A stretch of DNA of 63,619 nucleotides, the filler included, from Stramenopiles sp. TOSAG23-2 (taxonomy: Eukaryota): the NCBI GenBank assembly GCA_900128395.1. It is 9 parts of 9 records of this genome, joined end to end, with 100 filler letters (N's around TTAATTAATTAA, not from the genome) between each part and the next. Parts side by side here need not be neighbours in the genome. Positions count along the whole stretch, not along the records: positions 17,344 to 25,904 come from LT650188.1; positions 26,005 to 34,560 come from LT650189.1; 7 more parts are not named here. The stretch is one strand, 5' to 3'. Positions 21,813 to 33,100 of this stretch are shown here, piece by piece. Position numbers and translations under genes: made by a program. The notes under the pieces are model-generated. The model made no database searches. It was not told the DNA's origin and saw nothing but the letters and a program-made list of their open reading frames with translations. How positions within the stretch are numbered: position 1 is the stretch's first letter; every line of letters starts with the position of its first letter.

Positions 21813-24800
21813 ATGTTGGTTACAAAAACCACTAGCAATCGTCTACTTTACTCCATTCTTATTTATATCTGGACAATCGCTTTCACAACGAAGTGCACAT
21901 TGTTAGCAAGTGAAACCAAAGCCAAAGATATTTTGTATTTAAACTTTTATTCGAAAGGATTTGGCAAGGAAAAAGGCTTTGTAACATTGTATGAATGGGA
22001 CACTAATAATCAAAACATTAATGTTGCACTCAAAGAAATCTTTCTCCAAATGAAATTACCGAGTGTCAAAGGTACGGAAGAAATTATCGAAATGCACTTG
22101 TCACGTGCGTTATTGTTACGCAATTTCAGGCGGCAGGAATTGTTGAATTATGTAAAAAACTTAGTAGACAAACAAAGACCGCTGATGTTCATTCAAATGC
22201 ATGAGTTTGCCCCTTCTTTCTTTCGGACGCCTGAAGGATGGTCTCTAGTCGGTAAAAGCTTATTTAATATATTTGAACCGCTGCCATTTGATATAGAAGT
22301 TACTATGAAAAACCAGATAAACCGTTTAATAATACCATGGTCTGACTTGTATGAACATTGTATTTTAAATCAGTTGGCAACAATTGGCGATGTACTAACA
22401 CGCGCAAAACATTTATTGAATATGGAAACTGGAATCCTGTATATTATACCGCCACCAGCTAATAAAGATTTATTAGCAATTGAATCCATGTTATTATCTA
22501 ATTATTCTCATATATTCCAAACTGTAAAAAAAAACACTTGGGACAATAGTTACGATCATTCCATTCCAGATTTTCTAATTGGTCCAATAGATTTTTCAAC
22601 TGAATTGTTAGGCTACGAGGGTTCTGATTATATACGGTTTAATTTCGAAAGTAACATAACCGGATATTGGCATTGTAAACCAAGTACCTGCAGATCATAT
22701 GCAGTGTTGGAATTTCATAATATAAATATTAATACCCAAATGTCTCTTTTCCTCACAAATACTACATTATTTGATGAATACAATGGTATTTTCCATACAA
22801 CAACAAAGCTTAATGACGCTGAATTTCATAAAATGCGTTTTCGTGGCCATCATGACTATGATAATATTGAATTGATATACATAGTTAATATGAAACATGA
22901 CCATAAAAAGCTACTTCAAACAAAGAAACTTTTGCTAAAGCTAGGAAAGAGCTTTCCAGGCTATAAAATTAAACGTTTTGACGCAGTACATGGAGTACGT
23001 GTACCAATGATGCCATCAATAAAACATGCATTTAATACATCGTTTCATCATGCACATCGCAATAATCCATATGAAGACCATGGATGGAGACGTGGGGTTT
23101 TAGGTTGTGCAATGTCACATTTGCAAATATGGAATGAAATTGCTAATAACACAAATATGAATGAAAACAATTATTACCTGATTGTTGAAGATGACATCCG
23201 TATACGATTCAATATATCGACAGAAAACAACGTCAACAAATATCAAAATGCCTTCAACAATATATATATCAATGCAATGAATGACAAAACGTGGGATATC
23301 TTATACTACGGTTTCACCCAAGATATAGATGTATACAATGATGAGTGGGTTTGGCCAAATGCGAAACGTTTTTCAAATACCCCCCGTAGTCAAGGTGGGG
23401 GTACATTTGCATATGGTATCCGTAAAAAGGGCGCTTTAAAATTGTTAAATAAAGTAAAGCAATACCATGTACACGAACCTATTGATTGGTTCATGATAGA
23501 TACAATAGGTAATGGTGATGTAGTTGCTTACAAAGCCATACCACATATATTCGTGCAAGACAAAAGATTTTTTAAGGACGATACTAATGGCGAAACAAAT
23601 GAGCAAGCGGAAAATATTCAACCTGATTTAAAGAAGAACGAAGTTACAGAATTTTCGTCCACAAGCAGCGAATATGTCGTTGAGCAACATCGGTTGTTAA
23701 TTGATATATGGAAAGAAAAATGTACATCATTACAAAATAAGGATGCTGGTGAAGAAACGAAAAAGAAAAGGCACGTAAACAATGATACTCCGAATATTTC
23801 TTTTGAACTATATTTTATTAAACCAACTAGACACGATAATGTTAAAAGTGGCTCTTCTAAAAATATGCAGATCTTCGTAAATGTACCACCTCATTTTCAG
23901 GTACAACTAGGTTTATCCTTACCATCAAACACTGATGAAAAGACATTTAAAACATTTCATAAATGCAGTTCTTTATGTTGGTTTTTGCTAAATCATGACG
24001 ATTTCCTGTCATCATTATCAACTTTGGCAACAGAAACAAATTTTGTTATCAATCAAGTATCTGATCTAAAAAATGCATTTCATTGTTCACCATTTTTAAA
24101 CCATATGGAAAATGAATTTTTGCATAGTGTCCCGTACGGAAAACATGCCTTAATAGCACAAATGTTCGATAGCAATTTGCAAACAATTGGTCCTAGCATC
24201 CATACATTTATAGAAGTATTCGCAGAAGTACAACCTATGTTTGTTCTGCCCCACAATGGCTCCGTGACGTCTACTTCAGTTGAAGTACAAATTGAACTAG
24301 TGACAGCTAATGGTAACGACTTTCTGAATGAACAACAATATGCAAAGTTATGCTTTTCCTTAAGTGGAGAATTTTTTGATACCGAAAAATTTATAACTTG
24401 TGATGCATTGAATAAATTTGCAAACCGATTAAAGTTAGTTAAAATCGATTATGGCTGGATTATGGCAAAAGCATGGGTGATAGGTGTAACGGGGAAACAA
24501 ATCGGGTTGACTGGATATCAACATTTTTACGTAGCTGCAAAACCATTGAATTATGAAATTAAGAAATTCAATGAAAAAGAAATATGGGATCAAACGATCA
24601 TGAGTGGCAAGCTGTTTTATAATTGCATGAATCATAACACGGTGAATTATTCCATAGGAAGAAGGACAATTAGACCATCAAACATTTTGATCGAAGAAGA
24701 CTTTTCGAAACCATTCGATGACCTAACTCTTTTAATTCTAGTGAATCGTGGGGGGAAAGCGTTTCAAAATGCGCTGAATTCATGGGATGAACATCATTTA

Positions 24801-25655
24801 TTTCGTTTCGTGTCTGAAACAATTATCTTTTTTCAATATTTCAATAACACGTTAAACCTTGAGGATGATCCGAGAGTCCAGGTGCTATTAGGAACTAAGA
24901 GCTTCTTGGAAGGGAGAAATTTGAATAAAAAACGAAATTTAAGTGCGCAACGAATTAAAGTGATAGGTAGTGATGATCAAGTAGGTATCGCTAAAGCATT
25001 TTTGTCCTTGGTGAAGTATGCCAAGACAGAACATGTATTGTTTCTCGAAGAAGACTTTACGTTAGAGAATTCTAAAAATACACGTAGCGAAATATGGAAG
25101 AGTTTGTTACTGTTGCGTACTAATAAAGTGGATTTAATTAAATTGCGTCATCGGAAATCGCCAGGTATACCATTCTGTTCATTTAATGTGTGGCATGAAA
25201 AAGAAGATATACTAAAAGAAATGATATCTGAAAGTATATATGTCGATAGTTTCAATAATGTTCTTTTTTCAAAAGAAAAAAATCAGCCCATAAAACATGA
25301 TAAATCGTTTAAACGGCTAGCAGTATTAAACACAATGCACTGGATCGAGCACCCAGACGTATTTTATCCAAACAATGTTATATGGAAATGCGGCGGTGTT
25401 GAAAATGAAGATGGATTTTTCTGTACACACTCAATTTACTCCGGGTGGACAAATAATCCTACAATGTTCAAAAAAGACTGGTTTTTAAACCATTTTGCAA
25501 AAATAGCGGAAAAAGATTTTACCGGAAGGCTAGAAGCAGCAATCAATTTGACGCCACAAGCATGGATATGGCAATGTTTTGTAATTGGACAAGGTAATGG
25601 CTTGTTTACCCACAATGATTTGGATAAACCATTAATTATGCAAAGTCCTTGTTAA
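21813..25655 (+). CDS. Large secretory-pathway glycosyltransferase: central GT25 domain plus a probable second GT-A domain at the C-terminus
   Basis: N-terminal hydrophobic segment. GT25 motifs YIVNM, RFDAVHG, GVLGCAMSHLQIW, LIVEDD, GTFAYGIRKKGALKLL, PIDW. C-terminal HVLFLEEDF and WTNNPTMF. Confidence 0.75.
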   Translation: MLVTKTTSNRLLYSILIYIWTIAFTTKCTLLASETKAKDILYLNFYSKGFGKEKGFVTLYEWDTNNQNINVALKEIFLQMKLPSVKGTEEIIEMHLSRALLLRNFRRQELLNYVKNLVDKQRPLMFIQMHEFAPSFFRTPEGWSLVGKSLFNIFEPLPFDIEVTMKNQINRLIIPWSDLYEHCILNQLATIGDVLTRAKHLLNMETGILYIIPPPANKDLLAIESMLLSNYSHIFQTVKKNTWDNSYDHSIPDFLIGPIDFSTELLGYEGSDYIRFNFESNITGYWHCKPSTCRSYAVLEFHNININTQMSLFLTNTTLFDEYNGIFHTTTKLNDAEFHKMRFRGHHDYDNIELIYIVNMKHDHKKLLQTKKLLLKLGKSFPGYKIKRFDAVHGVRVPMMPSIKHAFNTSFHHAHRNNPYEDHGWRRGVLGCAMSHLQIWNEIANNTNMNENNYYLIVEDDIRIRFNISTENNVNKYQNAFNNIYINAMNDKTWDILYYGFTQDIDVYNDEWVWPNAKRFSNTPRSQGGGTFAYGIRKKGALKLLNKVKQYHVHEPIDWFMIDTIGNGDVVAYKAIPHIFVQDKRFFKDDTNGETNEQAENIQPDLKKNEVTEFSSTSSEYVVEQHRLLIDIWKEKCTSLQNKDAGEETKKKRHVNNDTPNISFELYFIKPTRHDNVKSGSSKNMQIFVNVPPHFQVQLGLSLPSNTDEKTFKTFHKCSSLCWFLLNHDDFLSSLSTLATETNFVINQVSDLKNAFHCSPFLNHMENEFLHSVPYGKHALIAQMFDSNLQTIGPSIHTFIEVFAEVQPMFVLPHNGSVTSTSVEVQIELVTANGNDFLNEQQYAKLCFSLSGEFFDTEKFITCDALNKFANRLKLVKIDYGWIMAKAWVIGVTGKQIGLTGYQHFYVAAKPLNYEIKKFNEKEIWDQTIMSGKLFYNCMNHNTVNYSIGRRTIRPSNILIEEDFSKPFDDLTLLILVNRGGKAFQNALNSWDEHHLFRFVSETIIFFQYFNNTLNLEDDPRVQVLLGTKSFLEGRNLNKKRNLSAQRIKVIGSDDQVGIAKAFLSLVKYAKTEHVLFLEEDFTLENSKNTRSEIWKSLLLLRTNKVDLIKLRHRKSPGIPFCSFNVWHEKEDILKEMISESIYVDSFNNVLFSKEKNQPIKHDKSFKRLAVLNTMHWIEHPDVFYPNNVIWKCGGVENEDGFFCTHSIYSGWTNNPTMFKKDWFLNHFAKIAEKDFTGRLEAAINLTPQAWIWQCFVIGQGNGLFTHNDLDKPLIMQSPC

Positions 25656-26004
25656 TATTATAGTAATTCCTTTAGGATGATGATTAATTATATATTATTT
25701 ACTCTAGTACGACACAGTATTGTTTACGAAGATAGCATAGACACAGCATCGGAGCTACAAATAATATAGAGTAAATAAAATATACTAACAAGTACAAATA
25801 TATGAAATTTGGTAAAAACTGGTGAATGGTGGATTTCAAAACGACGTAAAAGTACTAATTTAGTATACTAATTTATGTATATTTGATAGGGATGTATTGG
25901 ATATNNNNNNNNNNNNNNNNNNNNNNNNNNNNNNNNNNNNNNNNNNNNTTAATTAATTAANNNNNNNNNNNNNNNNNNNNNNNNNNNNNNNNNNNNNNNN
26001 NNNN

Positions 26005-29000
26005 AAATTATTTTTGTTTTTTTTAGAAAATAATGATAAAGTGCACGATGATTTCTATGACATAATATATTTATTATGGAACGGCAAGAAAATTGATGAG
26101 AAAAAATATTTACCAGGATTGAAACATTTTATTACATACGAACCGTTACAAGGCATAAACGATGTTGTTAATAAAAATATAGAGAAAGGCAAAATGTACG
26201 TTAGTGTCGTTGACGATATTTTAAAAACACGCGAAACATTGATAAATAATAATAACCCAACGTTACTATTGCAAAAAATAATAAGTAGTGGCCGATATTT
26301 AATAGATCAAGCAATTGACAAAGCGACTGAACAAGTTAAACTTTACGTGTCGCATCTTATACCAAGTAAAGAAGAAATAAGACAGGGAGCAAAAGATGTC
26401 ATTTTTTGCGAATTAGCGAAAGAAATAAATATTCTATTAGCGGAATATAAAAAGTTACCTGAGAAAAAAGAAATCGTCAATGAAAAAATTAATTATTTTA
26501 ATAATTTTATAATTAATGGAAGAACAAAAGTAATAAATTTGATTAATAACGTAAAAGTTGAAAGTGATATTTTGCTAGAAGAGACACAAACAGCAATAGT
26601 AAATTTAAAACGCTTTCAAACTGGTGTACTTTTACCAATTGAACACGAGTTGGATGTGATTAGTATTATGTGTACATATATTCTAGGTGGACCAGAGAAT
26701 TATTTAAAGGATCAAGTACGTATAGTGCAAGAAGATATAGACGACAAATATCAAAAAGCATGCGAAAAGATAAAGGATACTATAAATAAAACAGATGGTA
26801 CAAATGTAGAAACGTTAAAGACAGAACTATGTAAATTAAATACAGAAGTACTAAAAAATTGTAAAATTAGCCTGGAAATATTACACTTAGTATTAGTAGA
26901 ACCAAAGGACAAAGATAATATTCAAAACATACACCAAGACATAATTTTGTTAATGAAAGTACTGGACAAAATAGATAAAACAAGTTTTTCGAAAGACATA
27001 GCTAATTTGTACGTTGAAAGGGGTATGCGTTTAATAAATGGTATGAAAGATGCATTGACAAAACTTGTTCAAAATAAGACAACAAGTACATTTAATGATG
27101 TTAAAACAACTTTAACAAGTTCAGACATATTTATTAAAGCATACAATATTGTCCACAATACACATAAAGCGATAATAAAAGCCAAACGTATAATAGGACA
27201 GATCATGTCTAGAATAGATGAATGTATTGAGAAATTAGAAACGTTAGAATCGTACATTGTTACGACACGTGAATTTGTTGTCGGTGCTGAAGAAGATTCG
27301 TTGTTTAAAAGCTTGCAAAATTTAAAAGCAATACCAAATATTGACGGTTCAATCAAATTAAAGAATTATTACAATGCGGAACATGTTTTTGAGTTGTTGA
27401 AAATATCGGTTGATGAGATTTCAAAGAATGATATTGATAACGTTTACCAAGAGATGCGTAATTTAACTAATAGAACAGTAGTAAAAAATGAAAGCGATAG
27501 TCTGTTTAAGATGATTGAAAACCAAATAAATGAATTAGAAAAGCAAATAGATAATACATTTAATGAATTTAAGAAATTAATAAAAAATAGTGTTATCGAT
27601 GTATTGGATAAGAGTGAGACACAATTTACAGATTTGATATCTTCTTCAAGCTCGTCGACATTAAAGAATATAAATAGTTTTGCAGAAAGTATTGTTGGCG
27701 GTAAGCAAAATATGGAACTATTACAATCAACATCGAATGCAATGTATGAAAGTGTACAAGTTTTTTTAAATAGTAGCGGTAGTAGCCTGAAACAAAACGC
27801 AAAAGAGGCGTGGCGTATACGTGAACAAGCATTATGGTTTAGTTTGCAATTTATACAAAGTGGTATTGGTACTAGTAATAGTGACAATGAGGAAATGAGC
27901 GCAGATATCGCGTCAAATAATGTTAAATTGCCAAATGATTCTTCGCCGATAAGAGTTACCACAGCGAGTATTGGGCAAAAAGGTGGTTTGGAACCAACAA
28001 CAGAGTCAAATACATTTGTAAAAACAAATAATAATAGACAACAGAATACGAAAGCAGATACATCGAGGCGCAATGACAAAAAAGATGATTTCTTGCACGT
28101 TAAAAACGACATTGAAAATTTACTAGTCACTCGTAAAGCATTGGAATCGAACCCAGCTATACAACAATTATTAGTACATCCCGAGACATCAAATGCTGTA
28201 AATGAAGCTTTGACAACAAAATGGGAAGGACAACAAGATCGTATTAAACGCGAAATGGATGAGCAAAAAAAAGAACTAGATAAATTGGTAGTTGCATATG
28301 AGAATGCAGAAAAAGAAGAGCCAGGTGGGAAGAAAGCAATACTTTTAAAGCAAAAGTATGATCATGGAAAAGTCAAATTAAAGCAATGTTTAACAAATTG
28401 TACAAATATTGGATCGCAATTAGGAATTGTTTTAGATTTTTTAGATGGGATACAAAATCAATTGTATAAAATGGATGCAAAATTAGATCAGATACAAGAA
28501 ACGTTGAGTAATATGCAAGATGCTTTGAAGTTGTTAGTAGGGCGTACGTTTGATGAGGCAGTACAGTATCATATTACATGGGAGAAAAAGCAACGGGAAA
28601 AGTTGCGAAATGAGGTCTATGTGCCGATTAAATGTTGGAAACGTGGTGATTGGGATGAAGATGGGTCGTTTCATATTAAACCGGATAAAAAGTTGGAAGA
28701 AGATACAGTTGATTTGATGGGAGAGGTGGTAAAGTTTTTGAAGAAAGATAGCAAAAAATCGGCGTTGTTGATACATGGTTTGGCTGGTAAGTTGGTATAC
28801 TTGAATTCTATTTAAATGTCAAAATACTAATACAATATATATATCATATTATTTTTCATTATATTTTAGGTGCTGGAAAATCAACCTTTGCAAAGCGTTT
28901 AATTAATAAGCTCTGGGAAGATTACGAAAGAGAGTATGTCAAGGCAGTAAAACGTGCTACATTTGCAATCAATGACAGAAATAAAATGATTTGTTACCTC

Positions 29001-30104
29001 CCATTACTTTGCACATTACCATCGTTGGAACATCCATTAACAGATCTAGTGAACGATGCTTTAACGCAAATATTTGGCCGTGAAGGAAAGAAAGAATTAA
29101 GCGAATTCCGTGATCAGGTCGAAAATGGCATTATTATTCCGTTGTTTGTACTAGATGGATATGATGAGTTGAAGCAAGAGTATCTTGGATCAAATTTGTA
29201 TGAAACAAATGATTTGCAAGATTATGTTGTTGATGCAATTAGTAAGATGATACAAGAAAAGAAAGTTAAAATGGGCGAAGCAGTTGCAGAAGAAAAAAGT
29301 GGGGACGTAGAAACAGAAAAAGTAAGCAATGAAGCAAAAGCGGATAGAACGTTCAACGATAATCACAATAATTTTCCAAAAGTTATATATTTGTGTCGTA
29401 CGGAATTTTTAGCTACAAAACCAAATTCGTATCGTGAATGGTTTAGACCCGGTGCAGATATCGAAGCTGATACCTTGTTGATGGAACTTCACATTGCAAA
29501 TTTTGATACAGTTCAACGTGAAGAATATTTTGCTGCGCGCGTAACAAGGAATTTTGTTAAATTGATATGTGACACGTTGGGTGTTGATAAAATGGATTTT
29601 TTATTGAATGGAAACGAAATTGATGTCAACGACAATGATAGGGACATTCAACTACAAAACATATTGACATACATTAACTCTTCTAAAACAACTTACACAT
29701 CATCAATAGAAAAAAATGCCACTATATTTCAAAATAGATACATCAATAAAGCGAAATCAAACAACAGCAAATATGATAAAACACGTGCATTTGTCTTTTC
29801 TACATTGATAGCATCATTAGATACAAACAAAAAGCAATATGATAGCAACGATGCCGACGCATGTTGGAAACAGATACAGGATTTAGCAATAAAAGGAAAT
29901 AATAGTAATGTATGGCCAATTTCTGAATTCCAAGATGCATTTGAACGTATGGGTGAATTAGCACACTTAACGAAAACACCATTCATGTTAAAAATTTGTA
30001 CGGATGTTATTGATTTATTGAGCGACATGGAAGCAACACCAGACGGCGAAATGATCTGCGATCCAATGACCACAAAACATTTGGCGTACCCTTCTTACCG
30101 ATAA
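26005..30104 (+). CDS. NACHT-domain STAND NTPase (NLR-like) with a long helical/coiled-coil N-terminus; probably 5'-partial, intron 28787-28869, apparently truncated near 30040
   Basis: Splicing GTAAGT..TTTTAG joins ORFs 26014-28815 and 28986-30104 and creates Walker A LLIHGLAG|AGKSTF. Walker B LFVLDGYDEL, sensor VIYLCRTEFL, helical-domain LTKTPFMLKI. Confidence 0.85.
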
Positions 30105-33100
30105 CACGTACAGTTGCAGCACATGGTTTACCATACATCAAAGACAATTCCCCAAAAGTACCAACACCATTGTATTCAATGACAGGTTTAGCAGCTGATT
30201 TTTTATCTGGACTCACCAATACCTCATACCTCCCAGAAGCAACGATGTAGAAGTCTTCCCCTTGATCGTATTGTTTAATGACAATATCACCTCGTTGATA
30301 TGTCTGCTTTTTCATAACACTAAAAACGTTTTCCAATTGCAAATCACTTAAATGTGCAAATAAAAAGCTATTACCAATTGCTTTTCTAATTTCATCTTTT
30401 TCTGCTTTCGATTTTGGAGTAGCATATTTTGTAATGTCATAATCGTCATCATTATCGTCATCCAAATTACTGGCACCCATAATTTGCTTTCGTTTCTTTT
30501 TGGAAAAGTTTCTTCGAACAGGCCTTTGCGCAATCCCACCAGTAGCTGAAGATGCCGTAGTACCAATAGATGCGGAGCCAACTTTTTTAACAGCCTTTGT
30601 TATATTATCAAAGTGTACGATGATGCATGTGATATCATCCGTACGCTCGTCATACGTTAACCATAAATCATAACTTTGTCTAACAATACGCTCACATGCA
30701 TCTGCAGGGTCTTTAAACTTTGTCACCATGTCTACAACTGCTTGACTAGGCATAAACTCCCATACACCGTCACTTGCAATGACAGCAAAACGACTGTTTT
30801 CATTTAACTCGGTCGTGGTGATTTCAGGAACAGAAAATACTCCTAGCGGTTCTGCTAGACGATCACCAATACTACGGGTAAATGTAGTGCCAGGAAATTT
30901 TTTCGTGGCGTGCCATATACGAGGCGGATCGCCTTCTTCATCGCATTGTTCGCCTAAATTTAAGCCCCAATTTTCATGATATGGTTCTAAACCATCAAGT
31001 TGATCCATATTCATAATCCTAGCGCCTCGTTTTTTACAACGTTCTTGTTCATCTTTTCGATATGGCGTTTGATCTTGTGTCAATGGTATGGCTTTCAATT
31101 TTCCGTTTGGTTGCATCTCTGCCACGATACAGCGAGAGTCACCTATATTAGAAACTTTCAATTTGAGGCCTTCCATATAAACTGATACCGCAGTTGTCCC
31201 ACTTTGTAAATCGTCAAAGCCACATACATTCGATTTATGCATTTCTTGATTAATGGAAGTGTAACATTTGGAAAATTTTTCATCAAACTTAGGATCAGTG
31301 ATAGGCGAGGCACTGATGTACATTTTCAACTTTTGTTCAATGCTATCACGTACATAGTAAGAACACTTGTCGCCAACTTTCCCATGCCCGTCGAATACAC
31401 CGAAATATGCTAAGTTATTATTACCATTTACATTTTTTATCACTTTGAACGCATCTTGATTATTTTTACTCATATCATCTGGATAATAACCACGTTGTGT
31501 ACGATATGCATATCTCAACGATAAGCCGGTGCTACCAACTGATTGTGTATCTACACCACATTCAACTCTTGAATTGATTTCTTTCTCCGATAATGCTGGA
31601 ACACTATTTCGCATATCATCAGAATCATCAGAATCATATGTAATACCACTGTTATTCATAGGGTATTCAACCTCAGCACTTGCACCCAGTTGGCCATTTT
31701 GACATGCAATAAAAAGTGGTGTTTGGACAGTCTCCGGTCGAGCTTTGGTTATATCAATCGATTCTTGACTTAACAATGCCTTTACAATATCTGTATGACC
31801 ATATCGACATGCTACATCCAATGGTGTTTGACCATCAACTGTACATGCTTTATTTATATCAATCGATTCTTGACTTAACAATTTATTTACAATATCTGTA
31901 TGACCCTTTTGACATGCCAAATATAGGGCAGTACCCCCATCACTATTCCTTCCATAATTAATGTCTATATCACCACTTTCAATCAAGAATTTTACACAAT
32001 CAACATGGTTTAATCTGGTTGCCAACATCAGTGGTGTATACCGATTAAAATTTTCTTGGGAGCATAAATGGATGTTTCTTTTTAATACTCCATTATTAAT
32101 TAGATACTTCAAACAATTTACAGAATTGTGTTGACAAGCTAAATGAAATACATTATTACCACCACGTTTATCAGCTTCTACTTGCACTTTTTCATTGTTG
32201 CGCCAAACAATTTCTAAAATATCAACCTTATCGCACTCGCATGCATAATGTGCAAATGTGCAACCATTTGTATCTGCGCGTTTAACATCCACTTCTACAT
32301 TCCACAATAGCTCAACAATATCAAAATTATGTTTTGAAGCTGCAATAAACACAGGAATATCTTGTGCTAGAGTATTTCTTATTGGCAATAAATTAACAGT
32401 ACTCAGTGGTTGATTTAAACTGCTTTCTTCGTTGTCTTTAAAATGGATCATTCTCATATTAATAATGCCTTTACATGTATTCTTTTCATTTTTCCAATGT
32501 TCATCGCGTATAATACGAATAGAGGGAAACCATGAATTCACAAGATTACTATTAACAGTTTCTGGCAATTTTTGATACACAGTCTCTTCTGTTACTCTTC
32601 CACTGTCTTTTGATAATGGAGTAACGTTATATTTTGCTATACTAGAAAGTGGGTTGTAGAAGCATTCAATTCGATATTGATTAAGTGTTGCAATTTTCTT
32701 TAGTTTCTTGGTTTTACGACAATTACATTTGAGCTTACTATTTACAAATTGCATTTGTATTTTGCATTTCCCTGTTTTTACATCTGGTAAATTAATAATT
32801 TTACCGATATTTGTGTATTCTGATTGAAAGAAATATCGTAACAGTAATGAAACATCAAGATTCCCATATCCATTATTGAACAATTCTAGCAACGCATCAA
32901 TCATATTTTTACTAAACGGTGTTTTTTCCTTTCTACTCAATGATTTCATTATATTTTTTTTCTATGTATTCGCTTCTTTGGTAACTTTTTTGGCTTAACT
33001 TCAACCACTCCAAAAATTCGTCTGGACCATACTCTTCTATTGCCTGATAAATACTTTGAATTTGAAGGTTTTTAATAAGCTTTAAGTAAGTTTTTAATGT

